Part shown: positions 41,301 through 46,948 of the stretch, piece after piece
Position numbering within the stretch: position 1 is the first letter of the stretch
Layout: each line of letters opens with the position of its first letter
Sequence record: MK773491.1
Length of the DNA: 64,000 nt
Strand: one strand, 5' to 3'
The notes under the pieces: model-generated
The model's database searches: none
What the model saw: only the letters and a program-made list of their open reading frames with translations
Told to the model about the DNA's origin: nothing
Position numbers and translations under genes: made by a program

Positions 41301-42411
41301 AACTTGGGTAAATTTGACCATCACTTAATTTAACACCATTACGGTCATATAATTGAAATAGTGGGAATGTATTTGTACTTGGCTTGGCTTGTGCACGAAT
41401 CCATGCAGAACCGTTCCAGTACATTGCAGTATTTGCATATACATTACCGGATTTAATTAGTACCACGTCACCAACATGTGGTTCACCACTTGGGCGGTCG
41501 GATGTTTCTTCATCTTCATCTAATGCTAGACCATAAACACGTGATCCATCTTCCATCGATTTGATGTATACTTTATAGATACGGTTGTTTTCTCCGGGGT
41601 TACCAATACTAGTGAATAGTAAGCGGTCACCAGCTTTTAGAACATATCCATCAATACGGATGTTATCAGCTTGGCTTTTGTTAACAATATCTTCTGGCTT
41701 TACGGAATCCGAGAGATAGTTAACCACACCACGGAACTTAGTCCCATAATCGAGTAGTTCAATATTTTTGTTATATTCAATAATTGGTGCTTGTGCACGA
41801 GCGAAACGAGTACTTTGAGCCAATTCATCAGTTAAAATGGTTCCATCAGCAAGAGTTTGACCTACAGTGTACCAAAAGTTTTGCAATGACCAAGTATTAC
41901 CATTTAAGGCACCTCGTTCCATTACAACATAGTCTGGAGAAATACCGTATTCGTTTTGGGTGTCCCAAAGATAGGTACTAAAGTTAATTAATTTATTTGG
42001 GTTAATAGGTGGAGTCCAAGAATAAAATTTACCGTTGAATAGACGGTCTTGGTTTTCCGTTAGACAGCCGTAATGCTCTAGATAACCAACTAGATCTTCA
42101 TAAAATTGTAGACTGCGAATGCTTTGATCTTCATTGCGAGATACATACGCAGGACTTAATTGATACGCCTGTCTTTGTTCTGTTAATTCTTTAATGAAAA
42201 TCTTACCGGAAGCCGCAGGGGAGCTACTATCACCGATATAGCCGTCTACGATTTCTTGTTCAGCAGGATTAAACCACTGTTGAATAATATCATCACAAAA
42301 AGTTTGGATCTGCTCTAAGCCTTGCATCCATTCTGGAAGTCTTTTTATGAATAATTTTTTATTAACAGCTTCAGCTACTTCTGTGGGCTGGAATTTAAAT
42401 TCATTAGCCAT
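32383..42411 (-). CDS. Giant baseplate/virion structural protein (3342 aa)
   Basis: Single uninterrupted ORF directly downstream of gp6, with a late promoter and GGAG RBS. Its position matches a gp7-like wedge protein. Confidence 0.75.
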   Translation of the reverse strand: MANEFKFQPTEVAEAVNKKLFIKRLPEWMQGLEQIQTFCDDIIQQWFNPAEQEIVDGYIGDSSSPAASGKIFIKELTEQRQAYQLSPAYVSRNEDQSIRSLQFYEDLVGYLEHYGCLTENQDRLFNGKFYSWTPPINPNKLINFSTYLWDTQNEYGISPDYVVMERGALNGNTWSLQNFWYTVGQTLADGTILTDELAQSTRFARAQAPIIEYNKNIELLDYGTKFRGVVNYLSDSVKPEDIVNKSQADNIRIDGYVLKAGDRLLFTSIGNPGENNRIYKVYIKSMEDGSRVYGLALDEDEETSDRPSGEPHVGDVVLIKSGNVYANTAMYWNGSAWIRAQAKPSTNTFPLFQLYDRNGVKLSDGQIYPSSNFKGSSLFGLKVNFDYNYSSIYDTNVELSSYNYYVFENFLQSIRYEFDKLGVTTEIQGLYYYNVINEVDGEMVGTLKTDWVRSKENSKQYVFQVPEVTKTAMYRVFDTVDEMENFESPLENMFAYVRSVDATYRYYKAENSTFMDWHRTNEQAASYDVYNHKYEVAQKINPNNPNETIEIDINGVKTENYTVQLNTDGMIDYVTIDNEVDIDEDTVICIRTYSKEVTPDFNLGSYEIPINLKNNPYNENIKYIHQGDYTPHFREIVRKNITKGTVDDFNNYEERLEAGLVDNSVGTQIIQNEASMLPLMLNTANEDIDLFEAFMFLQSEYFRFLNKFNTQMVNMYNDDKAAFLANSASNIVDAIFSTINVGKNNTFPFFLDAVGSSVGTNRTFIPPTPQFMGILKAYTPQKATYIYAGKELGCYNVSHTGIISKAYKVINGIDKMDDVIYELENRIFNSIDNSFKVVDYEPPMDASDLFPTPFNPNTDYDSSEYNTLLLRGYINFIATNGISNSTNNYDQSNWMTWNYTGTTYVVDGKVTDYPARGSWRGIYTDMYGTYRPATHPWEMFGFAQRPAWWNQEYEPTIVRIGEGATDFVTVYTAEVVDENGDLVPSGLWDVGSIKGDASTGTILFGSRAGQYDKYKRCGKQPFKLTPNGQTSSGETIYDFELIAPEVLGLVSGALNHRSEPWAYGDMGDMEFTYMNTGMFPYDQALLLYRAKPAQFANYFYDTRGSTLKKVVTDDYQFLYGDTNKRLNFNSQTLVNGENNNRVLGYQMAITDNLLYQNKNITTKYGDVLRSSYINIGHKLGGFTKQDQLSFYSESFGLISTESQHIGLVRSSAIRNEVLSAVKITWNGSAYQIDGYDLVGAKFTVQMPNKNGKKVTTQVGNRSVVTYVEYLKETKEYEYGTVFNSFQEVYTFLCSYGQYLESKGWIFEDQNEDGVIQDWEQIGKDFLAWSQEALSRGEYISVSPSTASAKFGSEFGSVQSVTQFNGGVWSLLDDENSGIRPYEIETTRLGSVFTVRVSDDIDKRMALIRLSLVSYEHAVVFDDVTIFGDSIYIPVYGSVQELIRMYGYVTGNWNGRLEAPGFIVLEAGTLPDFETLVTDFHRYYDLDDPVSNVSLRDLGRHLIGYQSREYLLQMITSEPARVNFYKGYIRDKGSNQVLERVLRVSKSYNTDEYKALQEWAFKIGVYGNIYGTKSLQFQLVNNEFKQQPQLVTFDINATENMGDNNIVYFGKQGDDSRWITRPKGIISFPTRSGRSENINLPDIGPVTLDEIDYVTRDYETAYADRLAYMAKTGEVPNSVWMFHDMTDTWNIFNLVSTSVKLVAIEAIESENGLPTTHCKLILSAAHGMKDGDYFYFVDETNFMPDLLASEMQYFNAGTAANELIVPVDISIDMTFSAPQPVLYRYVSRFANTSAKNDYINKKYSYNAPETKLFDKATTYNSQTNITELYINIYDPINGVLPGPAMTNVSFIGSHDPALYNSNGEEEMAWASDKVGTVWWDTREAYFLDYTRPIYDKNGNVDNTATLEYKRVNWGKLLPHSEINIYEWVCSPVEPFDWERYCDEQSKLNKTENSYVPSGEAIEENYCQFVEYDTVTQSYMNKYYFWVKNSIYVPQVKNRDKSCQEIARIIKNPLTLSTPWYSPISETSFIMSDMQYEVTDDKSILTITYKEDHDDVVKHEQYQLCKEGDNYNFNPSIWNSLWNSLMGQEPLSNGKVQELHYPESELGLGSSKVWFKDIIEARRTFVDAANDVYRHLNITTNTVVMNDVFNVKTTEVNPNEVGFKVLTFNNELVIATNEDKFLENDAVLVSSNGTLPSPLTSTNVYFVHYDENGYIRLMNNPSTSGTAVTITLENKGEGQQSMIKQSDYIESLGTSLDMTQYWKLADWYDVGYNEDTEYTAEASLEVANSKNYQVGDIIRVTDADGVWTLYRRDSSRNLLIWTAIGRQNSTVELNNQLYNNYTQYKEDGSLSNVEINVRKALALLKNSFDGYQSQIVFDMVKYVHVEQTVVDWVFKTSYIYIVGLDQSLKQNYSNSEDLIGQIVTYFEEVKPYRTKIRSQIEQKTSDSDEINGLLNDLDPNGYIYRDGQWVKSQADIWDYEYAQYNTTTNKWEVKGSLPSDFELPNRRFQEIDIMMHYDNVQCVPDENMPNVNVLENVNNSYQSNEQDFLTKGSHYKLQRYVYTQPEADIALIQIKIGTELMKKYHSFDIGLGFETGVDMMYMKLNADVPATEQFTKDLLEITTNVLANDESTTTMQQYRMYNTLSNRLKLYTNLDVDSIEEQVDCPFKGVAIDDNPNTRLPFGFAGSNGENFGYIMHSRDLFETIVDLVKEEHPNYTHDEIYFYLQYEYGLYCWNELTSPDEDGNQEDSFYRDALYVLTAMRNSYDPDSADHYEFAKAILDNRDIDAYCMVMAPRKLVQVRNDAGQYFDVPFDQSLDDFMEEEFIVRQNNVYVAEINLDDLPVDENNPLYSDYQKLMTSSNDKSYYDDMNAFDNLAFESQTKRIELNAKDTVNPTQDSYFIDISDLNPNKQDMSQIRFTVDGYSYDEENMPQLKNQGNFQVECYITLNPYNKAEALVSIPRYDEAIALMDRTQIYHNEVKYSSHVYDVINVNGRVRLDSNHGLKVGDSVAVFTPEGEDYAANAVDGSFVTILTASNIRTGNRPRVFTVSAVNGDVVTVAGLVFSNTYTHASTDWLRGAPYTSINIVRVTSFNDAEFKTSKYVKYSAERSYAVDAMDYDVFYDVMLDGGSYDDGYDIDDYDVWYISNEVFEENGVEIDHGYYQPIYGEGVLSELVRSKLEDSLQIYVYEYNTSTIKPVFVPPVGDEDEGHWTYGLPLVDNVFIQTNSRCTVIVNDSIENITYVSQPKAVGQASITGNVVNGVSSSEGDIVSLNSELLLIRRNGNAVRGYKGSAEIYYPTPITDVGINLGKEDKLYMYANNYPVIPLSTFSSSLQVSGTLLSSLLK

Positions 42412-42446
42412 TTATATCTCCGTAAAATTCATTTCATCATTTGGTT

Positions 42447-42454
42447 TATTTATA
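42447..42454 (-). promoter_or_regulatory. Late promoter (full TATAAATA)
   Basis: Exact T4 late consensus on the minus strand, upstream of the 3342-aa gene. Confidence 0.7.
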
Positions 42455-42483
42455 AAAAAATAAAGGCATCCGAAGATGCCCTT
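42453..42483 (-). terminator. Terminator with a C(UUCG)G tetraloop after gp6
   Basis: Minus strand GGCATC-TTCG-GATGCC followed by a T tract. Confidence 0.85.
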
Positions 42484-42486
42484 AAA

Positions 42487-45400
42487 TTAGTTACCAATAT
42501 TGATGTTACTCTTAGCTAGTGAGCTAATAATTGATACATTATCAACCGTCGCAGTACTAACAAAGAGTTGATCTGGTAAGCATGGGATTTCAAATAATTC
42601 ACCAAACTTACTATTAGGGTTGTTAGGAACTAACACAACAGTACTGATTTCAGTACTCAATTGCATATGAATATATGCACATAATTCAGTAAAGAAGAAT
42701 GTATCACCAAAGTTCCAGTTCTCAACTTTAAAGAAGTCGTTGGTAATACTTATTACTCGTTGACGAATTTCATCATCACTTAAAGTACTGTTTGGAACCT
42801 TAACAACTTTGATATCAGCTTGATATGCTGGATCTGCACTATTTCCAAATAGCGGTACATAGTTGGCACTGTGCCAAATAATACTATCACTGATTACAAT
42901 CTTAGCTTCAACATCCTTAAACATATCTTTTAGTTCAACACTTGTTGGTGGTTTAGGGAAAATACCCTGTGCACCATTTTTAATCCACAAATCAATATTA
43001 GATTTATATGAATTGGTTAGAACATACATGTCAATTAAGTTAGTTTTACTTGGGTCAATACGATTATCGTCTGGTGCATAGTGTTTCCAGTGGAACATAA
43101 TTCCAGTACGAGCATTTGATACGAAATAATATTGACTAGTCACATCTTTATATCCATAGAACGAAAGTTTCTTGTTATCGTCAACATTATTTTTACCTTC
43201 ATTCATGATAGCACGATAAAATGCAAGTTCTGGTGTCATTTCTATTGTATCATCTGGATCTGATAGATTTGCAAGCAATGTGTTCAAGCGGTCATTATTA
43301 TTTCCAACAGTTTGTTCAATAAAATAAGATTTACCATTATATTTGAAACCAATTGTAAATCCAGAACCTTTACCAAATAAATCACTTAACGATGTACTTC
43401 TAATTTGCACGTTTCTAAGAAATTCTTGTCGTTTGTATGTGTTTACTTCAGCCTGTGCATCAGATTCAGTATAATTCCATGTGGTATCGAGTAATGTGAA
43501 TGATGAAGAAGGTAAATTTAATATATCAATTGTAAAATCTTCATTTTCACGGAATACTAACACTCCACCAAATTTTACTGCATCTTCACCAGTGAAATTA
43601 GGTACAACTGAAGAAAATTGATTCGGTTCCAAAGGAATTCCATTACTATCAATGTCAGTACTAGTAATAATTACACGAGACCCGTCTAAATAGCCATTTT
43701 CCTGTTGGATAGTATCTAGAATTTGGAAATCAACTGACCTTCCTATACCTAAATTACTGTCAGGGGTACTGTTACATGGTAAAATATTAATTTTATCTGA
43801 TTGAACAGTACCAGTACTAATATCTGAAATCTTTTTAGTACTTACAAAGTAGAATTTAACTTTATCTCCACCAACAAACACGTAGTTTATACCATATCCG
43901 TCAAATTCCCATGATTCAGCCGTGTATTGTACGCGAACTAATATTGGATATATTACATTGTTATATTGTATTGTATCATCACCAGTACTACCTTCAATTG
44001 GAATCCATGAAAGTGTTGCCGTATCGTAAATGATTACGAAATCAGTTTTCTTACTCATCATTGCTGAAATAGCTTGCAATTCAACAGTATTAAACTGCAC
44101 ACGATATGGTTTAATGTAAGAATAGATTGTCATTTCAGGTGGAATAGGTTGTGATAGTACATAATAACCATCATCAGTTCTACCAATAATACTCGTCCAG
44201 TTTCCAGATGAAGTATTACTTCTAAAATTAATTAATGTACCAACTTCAAAAGTGGTTTTTGATTCATCGTTGACGACAATTCTACCATATGTATTTTTGG
44301 AATACAACGAATTATATTCAGGTCTCCAGTATTCATTATCTGTTGGATAAACAGTGTTTGCATCCCATTCTTGGAATGTTTGGATGACAGATGTTTGACC
44401 GATGATAGGTTGAATAGAATCAACAATAATGGTTTCATTTGATTTAGTTGTTGGGAGTAAAACACCATTTCTAATAGTGGTTTTTTCACGATACATCGCA
44501 CCATCATCTGCGAACACATCTGTATTTTGATATTTCCCGGTTGGGTCATTAATATCAATAAATCTCGACTGACCAGAGTAAATGCGGTTAATTGCTTTAG
44601 CTTTTAGTACTGTATTACCCAACATCAAAGGTGCAATATTATAATCTTCACCATTCACGAATCGGTTTTGAGTATAATACATTTGTGGAGCACGATCTTT
44701 TATTTGTTCAATAGTTTCTGCACTTTGTGCTAGACCAGTTTCATATTGCAATGAAAATTTAATATCTAGTGTACTATTTTCATAATCGGTTTGTGATTTA
44801 GTACGGTAAACGTATTTGATACCTTTGTTTTGAATATCAGATGTTTTAATTGTATATGTTTCACCATTACTAACACGATACCACATACGGAATGTACCAC
44901 GTGGAACAACACCACTACGTTGATCCGGGAATTTAATACTAATTTGGTCATTATCACGAGTTGTTACTGAGAAAATAGTTTTTAACTGTCTTTGTACTGA
45001 GTTATATGCAATTGATTCCATTGAAGGAACTTTTGTCCATTTTGTACGTACAATACCATCTTCGTTAATTTCCTGTACCCAAACATCGGTTTCGTTAATG
45101 TTGTTTGTGTTAATATCCTGAATACGGTTCTCAATACGAACATCATATTGATAATCTGTGTATGATAACGTACCCTGTTTGAAATAAACAAAGAAACCAG
45201 TGTTAGGTGAAGCAAATCCATTACCGTCATTACGATATATAATGAATTTTTGTTCTTGTGGTTCTGGATGACGTTCATCAGCACCGATACTATTAATGTC
45301 AGGGTTAACGACTTCAAATGTAGTTGATGTACCATTAATTACCGCAGTAAATGGAATACTAGGAGCACTCATTGGAAGAGTATTCATGCGATATAGTTGG

Positions 45401-45951
45401 TTGGATACACCATTAATAGAATTCTTTTTAACTGGATTGCCAAATTGGTTGGAAGAAATGAACGCACTGTTCATTACTAGAATAAAGTTTTCATACCAGT
45501 TATTATCCGCTGGGTCATTCCAACGAATTGTTTTATTTTTAAGAGATTCGTTGTAACTGTTACGAATATCTTGGTTAGTTTTAATTTCAGTTAACTTAGC
45601 TAGGCCACGACCCGGATAAGCACGTTTTGGTGCATAAGAAATCATCTTAGCAAGTTTAAGTACGGAAGCTCTACGTTCAGCCGTATCTAAAAAGTTTTCA
45701 CGACTGTTTAAATCCATACGGAATGCCAAGTTCTGGCCTAGCATGGAGATTGTATCTAGAATAAAGATAAATTCAGAGTTTTCAATCCAGTCATTAAATG
45801 AATCAGGATAGGTAAGACGCAAGTAGTTAATCATACTCTCACGAATTGTGTCAAAATCATACGCAGTTAGGTTGATCTTGAAGAAACTTTCGTATACCTG
45901 TTTCCAGTTCTCCGCAGCGTATAGATTAGATTGTCGTTTTTGTTGTGTCAT
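42487..45951 (-). CDS. gp6: Baseplate wedge subunit
   Basis: LTAYDFDTIRESMINYLR...ENFLDTAERRASVLKLAKMISYAPKR and QNRFVNGEDY are T4 gp6 motifs. Confidence 0.92.
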   Translation of the reverse strand: MTQQKRQSNLYAAENWKQVYESFFKINLTAYDFDTIRESMINYLRLTYPDSFNDWIENSEFIFILDTISMLGQNLAFRMDLNSRENFLDTAERRASVLKLAKMISYAPKRAYPGRGLAKLTEIKTNQDIRNSYNESLKNKTIRWNDPADNNWYENFILVMNSAFISSNQFGNPVKKNSINGVSNQLYRMNTLPMSAPSIPFTAVINGTSTTFEVVNPDINSIGADERHPEPQEQKFIIYRNDGNGFASPNTGFFVYFKQGTLSYTDYQYDVRIENRIQDINTNNINETDVWVQEINEDGIVRTKWTKVPSMESIAYNSVQRQLKTIFSVTTRDNDQISIKFPDQRSGVVPRGTFRMWYRVSNGETYTIKTSDIQNKGIKYVYRTKSQTDYENSTLDIKFSLQYETGLAQSAETIEQIKDRAPQMYYTQNRFVNGEDYNIAPLMLGNTVLKAKAINRIYSGQSRFIDINDPTGKYQNTDVFADDGAMYREKTTIRNGVLLPTTKSNETIIVDSIQPIIGQTSVIQTFQEWDANTVYPTDNEYWRPEYNSLYSKNTYGRIVVNDESKTTFEVGTLINFRSNTSSGNWTSIIGRTDDGYYVLSQPIPPEMTIYSYIKPYRVQFNTVELQAISAMMSKKTDFVIIYDTATLSWIPIEGSTGDDTIQYNNVIYPILVRVQYTAESWEFDGYGINYVFVGGDKVKFYFVSTKKISDISTGTVQSDKINILPCNSTPDSNLGIGRSVDFQILDTIQQENGYLDGSRVIITSTDIDSNGIPLEPNQFSSVVPNFTGEDAVKFGGVLVFRENEDFTIDILNLPSSSFTLLDTTWNYTESDAQAEVNTYKRQEFLRNVQIRSTSLSDLFGKGSGFTIGFKYNGKSYFIEQTVGNNNDRLNTLLANLSDPDDTIEMTPELAFYRAIMNEGKNNVDDNKKLSFYGYKDVTSQYYFVSNARTGIMFHWKHYAPDDNRIDPSKTNLIDMYVLTNSYKSNIDLWIKNGAQGIFPKPPTSVELKDMFKDVEAKIVISDSIIWHSANYVPLFGNSADPAYQADIKVVKVPNSTLSDDEIRQRVISITNDFFKVENWNFGDTFFFTELCAYIHMQLSTEISTVVLVPNNPNSKFGELFEIPCLPDQLFVSTATVDNVSIISSLAKSNINIGN

Positions 45952-45981
45952 ATCGTTATACCTCGAATATTAGTATAGAAA

Positions 45982-45987
45982 TATTTA
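45982..45987 (-). promoter_or_regulatory. Late promoter (TAAATA) for gp6
   Basis: Lies between the terminator and the GAGGT RBS. Confidence 0.6.
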
Positions 45988-46017
45988 TCAAAAAGAAAGG
46001 CACCCCGAAGGATGCCT
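45988..46017 (-). terminator. Terminator with a UUCG tetraloop after gp25
   Basis: Minus strand AGGCATCC-TTCG-GGGTGCCT-TTCTTTTT. Confidence 0.8.
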
Positions 46018-46021
46018 AATA

Positions 46022-46414
46022 TTAAAAGTTTGATGCGATCGCTATCATTTTTTCGTTAGTTCGTCTGTCAAATACAATCTGCAAATCTTCAACTGTTTCC
46101 AATTCAACATAGTGCAGAGAAATATCAATAATATATCCATATTCTGTATTTGAAACTTCTAAGTACTCAAGTTCAACACGAGGTTCTTGGGCGATTATAC
46201 GTCTAGCGTCATCATCTAGTGCTTGTTTTACACTTGGTTCGTCTAATTCGAAAACTAGATCCCATCCAATGAATCCGTACTCAGCATCGAATGCCCTTTC
46301 ACCCTTACGAGTATTGAAATGATTAAGTAAATCTTGTTTTACAAGTTCTTCATCATATAGTACTTTAGTTCGACCAACAACAGGAGATGAAAACCCTTTG
46401 AATATAACTGCCAT
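46022..46414 (-). CDS. gp25: Baseplate wedge / sheath initiator
   Basis: FKGFSS...LYDEELVKQDLLNHFNTRKGER...EYG...EPRV. Confidence 0.92.
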   Translation of the reverse strand: MAVIFKGFSSPVVGRTKVLYDEELVKQDLLNHFNTRKGERAFDAEYGFIGWDLVFELDEPSVKQALDDDARRIIAQEPRVELEYLEVSNTEYGYIIDISLHYVELETVEDLQIVFDRRTNEKMIAIASNF

Positions 46415-46423
46415 TTATTATCC

Positions 46424-46912
46424 TTACTGTAAAGACTCTACAATACGAGCTAGTTTCTCGGCACGTGAAGTAGTTTGTCTGTACCACTTAGAATCACGCA
46501 TTTCTTTACCAGCAGTTCGGTAATCACCTTTCCCCATTGCAATTAATGCTTTGCGGAAGTTGAGTACAGAAGGTTTACCCATTTGGAAAACCATCTGCCA
46601 TAGAACACGTTGTAATTCAACTGGCCCAGACATTTTATATTGTTCGTAAATTGATTTAGCATCGTTGTATGCATTACGAGCATCTTTAAGTAGCAAAGCG
46701 TCTGCCTCAGCTTCGGTTAGACCATTTGAGAAGTTTTCACCCGGACGAATTAAGTGTCCGTAGCCGATTGTTGGTAGTCCTAAGCTATCTTTATATGTCC
46801 AGAACTTGCCATTCTTGAACATGCCTTTAGCGGTTTGAAACTCTTTCGATCCTTCATAGATTTTTACATCACTGAAAAATTGAGCGTCATCTGCGGTTAA
46901 AGTCCAACTCAT
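46424..46912 (-). CDS. Phage lysozyme (GH24, T4-lysozyme-like)
   Basis: YEG...YKDSLGLPTIGYGH, MVFQMG, SKWYRQT..RA. Confidence 0.92.
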   Translation of the reverse strand: MSWTLTADDAQFFSDVKIYEGSKEFQTAKGMFKNGKFWTYKDSLGLPTIGYGHLIRPGENFSNGLTEAEADALLLKDARNAYNDAKSIYEQYKMSGPVELQRVLWQMVFQMGKPSVLNFRKALIAMGKGDYRTAGKEMRDSKWYRQTTSRAEKLARIVESLQ

Positions 46913-46942
46913 ACTTATTCTCCTTTATTTAGTCGCCTAAAT

Positions 46943-46948
46943 TATTTA
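46943..46948 (-). promoter_or_regulatory. Late promoter (TAAATA) for the stand-alone lysozyme
   Basis: Overlaps the gp5 stop codon, ~30 nt upstream of the lysozyme ATG. A second TAAATA lies at 46926-46931. Confidence 0.45.
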
